IMG/VR virus record: IMGVR_UViG_3300037276_000070
Span: 1-59,352 of that record
Reading direction: 5' to 3' (one strand)
DNA: 59,352 nucleotides
DNA from: a virus
Lineage: Duplodnaviria > Caudoviricetes
The first letter of the stretch is position 1; each line of letters opens with the position of its first letter. A model generated the notes under the pieces. It searched no databases. It was not told the DNA's origin and saw nothing but the letters and a program-made list of their open reading frames with translations. Made by a program: the position numbers and the translations under genes. Shown in pieces: positions 1-6,660 of the stretch.

Positions 1-127
1 TAACGCTCAGGTGTCCGGTGACGCTCTGGTGTCCGGTAACGCTCTGGTGTCCGGTAACGCTCAGGTGACATCCCCCTCCGATTGCATTTGCCTCTCTGGC
101 TTCCAGTATGCAATCACCTGCCTGCCC
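1..127 (+). repeat. 127-bp terminal direct repeat, left copy (assembly circularisation overlap)
   Basis: 1-127 is identical to 59226-59352. 127 is a common assembler k-mer size, and the reading frame continues across the join. Confidence 0.93.
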
Positions 128-280
128 AAAGGGGTCCAGATTGGTTGCGAGTTCAAGACCTATGCAGCTTGGTTGAAGGTGACTAAGAAGGAGGCTGCAA
201 CAATGGGCCTGAAGGCAAAGCATTTCGCTGCTATCAAGTCCTTCATCAAGACAATCCACAAGTTTCACCGGGAGGTCTGA
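1..280 (+). CDS. 3' part of hexapeptide-repeat protein A (gene starts at 58864 and wraps; 213 aa)
   Basis: The frame from ATG 58864 runs through the join into ...VSGNAQVTSPSDCICLSGFQYAITC...HREV*. The C-terminal domain is shared with 1501..2118. Confidence 0.88.
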   Translation, partial: NAQVSGDALVSGNALVSGNAQVTSPSDCICLSGFQYAITCLPKGVQIGCEFKTYAAWLKVTKKEAATMGLKAKHFAAIKSFIKTIHKFHREV

Positions 281-283
281 ACA

Positions 284-1045
284 ATGGGCTACACACACTA
301 TTGGACCGTTAACAAGCCAGCTGAACTGCTCGGTTCAGAGATTCGAGCATACGAGGATGCCTGTGCCGACTGCACCCGCATTGCAAACGCCTGGTACCAG
401 GCACATGGTGGTCTAGCCGGCTTCTCGGCACACACCGTCCCTGGCCGCTATGGCGGTGTCCAACTGAATGGCTCACGTGAGAACGGGCATGAGGACTTCA
501 CCATGCGTGAGACGCTGGCAAAGGCGCAAAGTGGCTTCTGCAAGACGGCTCGCAAGCCCTATGACACCGTCGTGACCGCTTGCCTCCTGGTCCTGGCTGA
601 CGCGCTCCCAGGTATCCTGACTATCCGCTCCGACGGGGACGCAGGGGACTGGCTGGCCGGATGGCGTCTGGCTGAGGAGGTCCTTGGCCGCAAGTTGGCC
701 ATCCCAGATACCATTCGCATCAGCGCTGACGCCCCGCCGCCACCGCCACCGCCGGCTGCCCGTCGGCGTGAGCCTGCGCCTTCGGGTGTCACCGACATAG
801 GCGAGTACCGGCTGCAGCGGGGGCTAGCTGCACTCCGGAGTACAACGGATGCAAACGGAAGCAAGACCGCCTCATGGGGCGAACGCTCCATCCAGGCCAA
901 GAACAAGGCAATCAAGTTACGTGAGGAGCAGCAACGCAATGAGTACAATAAGCAACTGGTTCAGCGTCTCGGCTTGCGCAGCAGTCCTAACCCACGCAAG
1001 CCCTCTGGCCGGCCGTCCACCGACCCGGATGGAGGCCAGGCATGA
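284..1045 (+). CDS. Conserved phage hypothetical protein (MGYTHYW / FCKTARKPYD type) with poly-Pro linker and basic C-terminal helix
   Basis: 253-aa ORF with GGAGG RBS. The N-terminal motif pattern is recurrent in phage hypotheticals. Confidence 0.8.
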   Translation: MGYTHYWTVNKPAELLGSEIRAYEDACADCTRIANAWYQAHGGLAGFSAHTVPGRYGGVQLNGSRENGHEDFTMRETLAKAQSGFCKTARKPYDTVVTACLLVLADALPGILTIRSDGDAGDWLAGWRLAEEVLGRKLAIPDTIRISADAPPPPPPPAARRREPAPSGVTDIGEYRLQRGLAALRSTTDANGSKTASWGERSIQAKNKAIKLREEQQRNEYNKQLVQRLGLRSSPNPRKPSGRPSTDPDGGQA

Positions 1046-1511
1046 GTCAGCATCTGTGGCAGCGTGTAAGGACTTCTTCGCTACGACTCAAGAGGTACCT
1101 GTTGACTTGCTTGCTGCGTTCACTGGTGATAGCGTGCTGCCTGGCAGCGCCGATTGGCTACTGTCTGTGGCGTTTGTTGAGTCGGCATTCATGGAGACGG
1201 CGACTAGCAGGAAGGGGGCGCAAGGCTTGATGCAGCTGATGCCGGTCGGTTCGTTGGCCGGACAGCTGGAGTGTGGCATTGGGCCAGATGCCTCGAACGT
1301 GAGGATAGGCAGCTGCCTCCTTCGGTCCTACTTACGTGAGGCAGAAGGCAGTTGGTTCGAGACACTCATCCTGTTCAATTCAGGCTACAAGGGGTTGACT
1401 CGGTGGCATCTGCATGGTACTCTCAGCACCGAGACAACGCAGTATGTGCTACGAGTATTTGCAGTACATGAGGCTTGCACTAACTGGAAGGGGTTTCGCA
1501 ATGGGAACTAA
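1029..1511 (+). CDS. Lytic transglycosylase (SLT domain); start uncertain
   Basis: VAFVESAF (catalytic Glu), SRKGAQGLMQLMP, NVRIG, FNSG and ETTQYV motifs. Confidence 0.85.
   Translation: MEARHESASVAACKDFFATTQEVPVDLLAAFTGDSVLPGSADWLLSVAFVESAFMETATSRKGAQGLMQLMPVGSLAGQLECGIGPDASNVRIGSCLLRSYLREAEGSWFETLILFNSGYKGLTRWHLHGTLSTETTQYVLRVFAVHEACTNWKGFRNGN
1042..1230 (+). CDS. Possible small membrane protein overlapping the SLT gene in another frame
   Basis: GGAGG RBS, ATGA coupling to the upstream stop, and a hydrophobic stretch flanked by basic residues. Confidence 0.4.
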   Translation: MSQHLWQRVRTSSLRLKRYLLTCLLRSLVIACCLAAPIGYCLWRLLSRHSWRRRLAGRGRKA

Positions 1512-2118
1512 ATATGAGCTCACCTCAACAACCCGTGAATGGGCAGGGCGAACTCTATACCAAGTGGCCTATGCAGATGGCACACTGGGAGGCTTCATCG
1601 AGTCCGAGAATAACCTGAGTCAGGAGGGCAGTTGTCGGGTGGTCGGTGACGCTCAGGTGTCCGGTGCTGCTCGGGTGGTCGGTGACGCTCAGGTGTCCGG
1701 TGCTGCTCGGGTGTTTGGTGACGCTAAGGTGTCCGGTGACGCTTGGGTATACGGTAACGCTAAGGTGTACGGTGCTGCTCGGGTGTTCGGTGACGCTCTG
1801 GTGTGGGATAACGCTCGGGTGTCCGGTAATGCTCTGGTGTACGGTGATGCTCAGGTGTTCGGTAACGCTTGGGTATCCGGTAACGCTCTGGTGTCTTTAC
1901 CTTCTGATTGCATCTGCCTCACTGGCTTCCAGTATATAATCACCTGTCTACCTAAGGGGGCTCAGATTGGCTGTCAGTTCAAGACCTACGCAGCTTGGCT
2001 AAAGGTGACTAAGAAGGAGGCTGCAGTAATGGGTCTGCAGCCAGAGCAGTTCAAAGGTATTATCGCTCTTCTCAAGGCCATGACTATCCACAGGAAGGAG
2101 TTAAAGAAGTGCAAATAG
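1501..2118 (+). CDS. Hexapeptide-repeat (left-handed beta-helix-like) protein B
   Basis: MGTKYELT...LGGFIESENNLSQEGSC followed by 14 VxG[ND]Ax repeats. The RBS context matches paralog A. Confidence 0.88.
   Translation: MGTKYELTSTTREWAGRTLYQVAYADGTLGGFIESENNLSQEGSCRVVGDAQVSGAARVVGDAQVSGAARVFGDAKVSGDAWVYGNAKVYGAARVFGDALVWDNARVSGNALVYGDAQVFGNAWVSGNALVSLPSDCICLTGFQYIITCLPKGAQIGCQFKTYAAWLKVTKKEAAVMGLQPEQFKGIIALLKAMTIHRKELKKCK
1639..1890 (+). repeat. 14 x 18-bp coding tandem repeat (consensus GTG NNN GRT RAY GCT NNG)
   Basis: Counted directly in the sequence. Confidence 0.9.
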
Positions 2119-2828
2119 CAATTGTATTAGCAGCATCACTGCTCACTTCACCCATACAACAGGGACCTGGTATCTCTGCTCGGGTGGCCGCCATTGACTC
2201 AGAGATAACCGCATCCAACTTGGATGACGTGGGAGCCTGGGTGACTAAGCAGGCCTCTTCTGGTGCCCGCTCAATTGACCTCCTCATCAACAGCCCTGGC
2301 GGGCAGGTGGCAGCTGGTCGTCAGTTCATTGCTAGGATGCATGCTGCACAGGCTAAAGGTCTGAACATCCGCTGCTTCGTTTACGGGCAAGCTAGTAGTA
2401 TGGCATTCTGGATACTCACGCAGTGCGATGCCCGGTATGCACTGCCTGGTGCTACTGTCCTGTTCCATAAGGCTCGTGTAGGTAATGCTGGAATGCTTAC
2501 TGCAGAAGGGGCTGCACTCATGTCAAAGGAGCTGGCCTTCTTGGACGAGGCACAATGGACTGCCCTCAGCGAGGCGCTCAGTATGTCAGACAAGGACATC
2601 GCCTGGAACTGGGAGGCCGAGACTGACTGGACTGCACCTGCTTTGGAGGCAGCCAGCTCTGGCTTCTTTACCAGCATTGATGCTACGTACCCTGGCCTGT
2701 TCGAGGCACTCGCCTCACCTAGCCTCACTCATCTAGCAGTCCCCCCTAACCCACTCCAGTTCCTGTTCGGTGGGCATGACCAGGTGGTACCCACTCCTCC
2801 CCTCCAACCTACGAAGGATGTGCAATGA
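2109..2828 (+). CDS. ClpP/crotonase-fold serine protease with N-terminal signal-like segment
   Basis: INSPGGQV, GQASSMA (Ser) and LFHKA (His) motifs; hydrophobic N-terminus; AGGAAGGAG RBS. Confidence 0.8.
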   Translation: MQIAIVLAASLLTSPIQQGPGISARVAAIDSEITASNLDDVGAWVTKQASSGARSIDLLINSPGGQVAAGRQFIARMHAAQAKGLNIRCFVYGQASSMAFWILTQCDARYALPGATVLFHKARVGNAGMLTAEGAALMSKELAFLDEAQWTALSEALSMSDKDIAWNWEAETDWTAPALEAASSGFFTSIDATYPGLFEALASPSLTHLAVPPNPLQFLFGGHDQVVPTPPLQPTKDVQ

Positions 2829-3142
2829 GTTCAACGAACCCAGTGACTGACCAGCACACAAAGCTACGCTTCAACTACTTCGCCACCAAGGAGCAGCTTG
2901 CCTTGTTCAAGCGATTGGCCTGGGCCTCCGGGCACAAGAGCATCCAGGACCTGTTCGCCACCTTTGTCCAGACTGGCACCGACGGGATGCTGCGGATGGT
3001 GCAAGAGGCTAAGCAGGAGGAGGACGCCAAGGCGCAGGAGGCTGCCATGCAGAGGGGTGCTCAAGCTAATCAGACTCAAGCCGATAAGGGTATGGAGCCC
3101 CAGTCAACCGAGGTATCAAGTGACTCTCAAGCCAACATATGA
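2825..3142 (+). CDS. Hypothetical protein (possible ribbon-helix-helix N-terminus)
   Basis: 105-aa coupled ORF with a beta-helix-helix-like pattern. Confidence 0.65.
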   Translation: MSSTNPVTDQHTKLRFNYFATKEQLALFKRLAWASGHKSIQDLFATFVQTGTDGMLRMVQEAKQEEDAKAQEAAMQRGAQANQTQADKGMEPQSTEVSSDSQANI

Positions 3143-4148
3143 ACTGGTCCTGAACGGCCTCAAGCAGCAGGCTGCACAGCATGCCGAGCTGGAACTGACC
3201 AAGCGTGGAGCGCTCCGAGCGGGCAACACTGGACTCATCACGCCTGATGGCGAGGTGGCTGGCAAGTGCGCACGCCAGACTCTTCTACGGCTGAGGGGCA
3301 TCGATGCCGAGGCTGTCAACCACTCTAGGGAACTCATGTTCGGAGCAGGCCGAGGTAACGAGCCCCTCTGGATTGACAACCTGGTGGCCGGTGGCATCGA
3401 GCGCGACCGCATCCGCTGCGAGGAGGAGGTGCCAATCCGCTGGTCGCTGCCTTCAGGACGGCTGGTAACAGGCAGACCGGACCTGGTCATCGGGAATTGG
3501 GAACACCACAAGCCAGAATCTGGAGAATCTGAATGGGTACCAGAACGCGGCCTCGAACTCAAGCTGGTGTCCTCTCTGTGGACCGGCAGGGACGTTGCGC
3601 TCAAGCGGGAGCCGAAGCTCATTCACCTGTTGCAAGCTGGTCACTACGCCTGGAAGCTTGACATCCCGTTTGAGGTTTGGTACACCAGCAGGGCTGACTT
3701 CCACCTGCCACCTGACACCCGTTGGGGCGAGGACAAGAAGTGGCCGAGGCCAGGGCGTCCAGGCAGCGAGTTCATCGGCATGAACGAGTCTGGTCAGCCT
3801 CTCAAGCTCATCCCTTTCGTAGTCGGCTTCGAGCTAGGCTGGTTCAGCGGTGAGCTGCGTTACCGGCACCTGTCGCCTTCGGGACCGGGAGTGTGGGTCA
3901 GCAGCATCGTAACTCAGGCTGGCATACAGGCGTATTTCGAAACGGTGGATGCCATGGACAGAGCGGGCCAGCTGGCACCGAGGCCGACCAGCTTGACAGC
4001 TACTGGGGAGAAGGGCTCGTACAACCTGTGCAGCTACTGCCCGCTGAATGACCTATGCAAGGGCTGGCAAGGTGATGCAATCGACCCTTGGGTAGAGGCA
4101 GCCGCTGCGTACATCAAGACTCTCTCACCAACCGGCAGCATACGGTAA
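3120..4148 (+). CDS. PD-(D/E)XK exonuclease, Cas4/RecB-like, with Cys cluster
   Basis: KCARQ, TGRPD, LELK, LQAGHY and CSYCPLNDLC motifs. The GTG start after GAGG was chosen over the TTG at 2898. Confidence 0.8.
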   Translation: MTLKPTYELVLNGLKQQAAQHAELELTKRGALRAGNTGLITPDGEVAGKCARQTLLRLRGIDAEAVNHSRELMFGAGRGNEPLWIDNLVAGGIERDRIRCEEEVPIRWSLPSGRLVTGRPDLVIGNWEHHKPESGESEWVPERGLELKLVSSLWTGRDVALKREPKLIHLLQAGHYAWKLDIPFEVWYTSRADFHLPPDTRWGEDKKWPRPGRPGSEFIGMNESGQPLKLIPFVVGFELGWFSGELRYRHLSPSGPGVWVSSIVTQAGIQAYFETVDAMDRAGQLAPRPTSLTATGEKGSYNLCSYCPLNDLCKGWQGDAIDPWVEAAAAYIKTLSPTGSIR

Positions 4149-4171
4149 CATAGAAACAGAAGGGGCTACAG

Positions 4172-5263
4172 ATGGGAAAGAAGTATGAGCTCACCTCAAC
4201 AACTTGTAAATGGGTAGGGCGAACTCTGTATCAGGTGGTCTATGCAGATGGCACACTGGGAGGCTTCATTGAGTCCGAGAATAACCTGAGTCAGGAGGGC
4301 AGTTGTCGGGTGTGCGATAACGCTCAGGTGTTCGGTAACGCTCGGGTGTGCGATAACGCTCAGGTGTTCGGTAACGCTCGGGTGTGCGATAACGCTCAGG
4401 TGTTCGGTAACGCTCGGGTGTGCGATGACGCTAAGGTGTTCGGTAACGCTTGGGTGTTCGGTAACGCTTGGGTGTTCGGTAACGCTTGGGTGTCCGGTGA
4501 CGCTTGGGTGTCCGGTGACGCTTGGGTGTCCAAAGGTCACTGTTGTGAAAAGCCTTCTCCGCCTGCACCACACGTGTTCCAAGTGGGCGACCTGGTTCGC
4601 AATGCAGAAGGGAAGGAAGGAGTACTCACTCTTAGCACAGAGGACAACGAATTTCTTGACGGCTATAACCTGGTGTTAGCTGGCCTCTACAACTACAGGT
4701 CAGACGGTACACGGATGACCAGCATCTACCCACCCTATAAACCATATGGTGGACCTCTCACCCTCATCCTTGCCGCCGACGACAGCAAGCCGGCGAGCAA
4801 ACCGGCGAGCAAACCGGCGAGCAAACCGGAGAGCAGACCGGCAAGCAAACCAGCCCCAACCAATTCACCAGGAGGATGCATCATGTACCAAGGTACGAAG
4901 CCAGTTGACAAGGCAGCCCTGCTCAAGAGCATCGAAGGGATGACCAGCGTGTGTGCCAAGGGGCGCAAGGAGGTGCGAGAGCTAGTCGAGCAGCTCATCG
5001 GGGAGAAGCTGCCGAACAAGGAAGAAGAGAGCAAGTTGTACACGCCAGGTAACGTGTTCAAACATACCGATGGTAACCTGTACTTCATAGTCAACGATGG
5101 CCGTGGTTATATGCTGGCCAACTTGACCGACCCCGCTTCATACAGGTCAACTGAATTGATTGGCACCATGATATCTTCTCTCAAAGAGCGTATGCAGAAA
5201 CGTGATGACTTCACTTGGGTTGCCTCATCGCCTAAGCAGGCCTTCGCACCTCTACCTTTCTGA
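4172..5263 (+). CDS. Hexapeptide-repeat protein C fused to unrelated C-terminal modules
   Basis: Same N-terminus as A and B, 12 repeats, then a different domain, an SKPA linker and an in-frame ATG at 4883 with AGGAGG. Confidence 0.82.
   Translation: MGKKYELTSTTCKWVGRTLYQVVYADGTLGGFIESENNLSQEGSCRVCDNAQVFGNARVCDNAQVFGNARVCDNAQVFGNARVCDDAKVFGNAWVFGNAWVFGNAWVSGDAWVSGDAWVSKGHCCEKPSPPAPHVFQVGDLVRNAEGKEGVLTLSTEDNEFLDGYNLVLAGLYNYRSDGTRMTSIYPPYKPYGGPLTLILAADDSKPASKPASKPASKPESRPASKPAPTNSPGGCIMYQGTKPVDKAALLKSIEGMTSVCAKGRKEVRELVEQLIGEKLPNKEEESKLYTPGNVFKHTDGNLYFIVNDGRGYMLANLTDPASYRSTELIGTMISSLKERMQKRDDFTWVASSPKQAFAPLPF
4310..4525 (+). repeat. 12 x 18-bp coding tandem repeat
   Basis: Counted directly in the sequence. 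Confidence 0.9.
4784..4855 (+). repeat. 6 x 12-bp tandem repeat (SKPA linker)
   Basis: AGCAAACCGGCG-like units. Confidence 0.88.
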
Positions 5264-5279
5264 CTGCCACTCTGGCCGC

Positions 5280-5308
5280 TTGACAAGACTGAGTTGATGA
5301 GTTACTGT
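5280..5308 (+). promoter_or_regulatory. sigma70-type promoter
   Basis: TTGACA-17-TACTGT in an intergenic position. Confidence 0.75.
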
Positions 5309-5314
5309 ACGAAC

Positions 5315-5381
5315 TCGCTGATGCAAGGGTCTGCGGCACGGTGCCACAGAAAGTAGCATCACGATTGGAGGCAAGTCCTCC
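5315..5381 (+). promoter_or_regulatory. Structured 5' leader (two hairpins)
   Basis: Nested TGATGC/GCATCA, TCTG/CAGA and GGCAC/GTGCC stems, then GGAGG/CCTCC. Confidence 0.6.
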
Positions 5382-5393
5382 GGGAGATTTAGA

Positions 5394-5906
5394 ATGCAAG
5401 AACAAGGAACAGTTACGCAAGGCAGCACAGGTAAGCCCGGCATCAACGCAGACGCACCAGAAGGCGCTCTCTTCGTCCTCAACTCGAAGCTCGGCAACGA
5501 GGAAGGTACCAAGCTGAACCGGATTGGCTACGTCATCCGCAACGAGAACAGCCAGTTCGACTCCTACCTCATCGTCAACGCTGAGCGTCAGGCCATCAAC
5601 CTGGACGGCAGCGTTGCTCCTGAAGGCAAGCTGGGCCTGGTCATCGACGTCAGCAAGGCTGGTGACCTCTACCTCAAGGCTCCGAACCCGGCCTTCGATG
5701 CCAGCAAGCCGGCCGACTTCAAGGTCAATAGCCGCTTTAACATCGTGACCACCCTCTACCCTAGCATCAGCAAGGGCTCTGGTCAGAAGTACTACCGTGC
5801 GACGGTTGGTGGGAAAGACATGCCTGAGCCGAAGACTCGGTACATGCTCTTCTCAGTGGACCACGTTGGCGCTAACAAGGTTAAGAAGTCTGGGACTCTT
5901 GGCTAA
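5394..5906 (+). CDS. Hypothetical beta-rich protein (possible ssDNA-binding/recombination protein)
   Basis: 170 aa with strongly biased codons, its own promoter, and a position between the exonuclease and PolA. The function is inferred only. Confidence 0.65.
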   Translation: MQEQGTVTQGSTGKPGINADAPEGALFVLNSKLGNEEGTKLNRIGYVIRNENSQFDSYLIVNAERQAINLDGSVAPEGKLGLVIDVSKAGDLYLKAPNPAFDASKPADFKVNSRFNIVTTLYPSISKGSGQKYYRATVGGKDMPEPKTRYMLFSVDHVGANKVKKSGTLG

Positions 5907-5909
5907 CAC

Positions 5910-6410
5910 ATGACAAAGCAGATTGCACTCGGCGGTAAACGCGGCAAAGGCAAGCATGTGATAGTTGATGCTTCCACTTTCAATTGGCTTAATTCATTCA
6001 GCTGGTCTTTAACGGCTACTGGATATGCTGAAGCTCGTTGCTATGGGAAGAACGTGCACATGCATCGTCTTATCACCTCGGCCCCTAAAGGCAAGCAAGT
6101 TGACCATGTAAATGGTGACAAGCTTGACAACCGCGAGTGTAATCTGCGCCTTTGTTCTGCTTCTCAGAACCTGTGTAATAAAGGTAAGCCAGCTAGTGCA
6201 GCTACACATCCGTATAAAGGAGTCTGTTACGTCCCTCAATTGAATAAGCGCAATCCTTGGATGGCGTATATAAGTTCAGCGAGGTTACGTAAGCACATTG
6301 GCTATTTTGCTTCGGCTCAGTTAGCTGCAGAGGCCTATGATTCAGAAGCAATTCGATTACATGGTGTATTTGCCTCTCTTAACTTTAAAAGGGATACAGC
6401 ACATGTCTGA
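5910..6410 (+). CDS. HNH endonuclease with AP2 domain
   Basis: HMHRLI, VDHVNGDKLDNRECNLR, then an AP2-like YKGV...IGYF...AAEAYD; AT-richer than its neighbours. Confidence 0.93.
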   Translation: MTKQIALGGKRGKGKHVIVDASTFNWLNSFSWSLTATGYAEARCYGKNVHMHRLITSAPKGKQVDHVNGDKLDNRECNLRLCSASQNLCNKGKPASAATHPYKGVCYVPQLNKRNPWMAYISSARLRKHIGYFASAQLAAEAYDSEAIRLHGVFASLNFKRDTAHV

Positions 6411-6660
6411 TTGGGAACCTGGCGGCTATGCTACATTTTATGCGCCCTATCTTGCTCTTGAACAAAAGCCTGGTATGAGTTCTCGGTTTGAAGGAAGACC
6501 TTTAGAACAGCGTGAGCTAGGAGTCTTACAACGTGGGATATGTTCTTCTTCAACCAAAGAAGCTGGCACCACGCATAGACAAACTGCGCGTCCTAGACCA
6601 CCAGGAGTCTTGGAAATGGGCCGTGCAGCAAGCACCAAAAGGCCAGCCGGTAGCTCTTGA
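6403..6660 (+). CDS. Hypothetical protein, overlaps the polA start
   Basis: ATG coupled to the HNH stop; no motif seen. Confidence 0.35.
   Translation: MSDWEPGGYATFYAPYLALEQKPGMSSRFEGRPLEQRELGVLQRGICSSSTKEAGTTHRQTARPRPPGVLEMGRAASTKRPAGSS

Noticed and set aside
3120-4148. Cas4-like nuclease as part of a CRISPR-Cas system
   Set aside because: There are no other cas genes and no array. Solo Cas4-like exonucleases are common in phage replication modules.
1639-4525. 18-bp arrays as CRISPR arrays or DGR template/variable repeats
   Set aside because: The units are contiguous, in frame and have no spacers. Variation is not adenine-specific, and no reverse transcriptase is seen.
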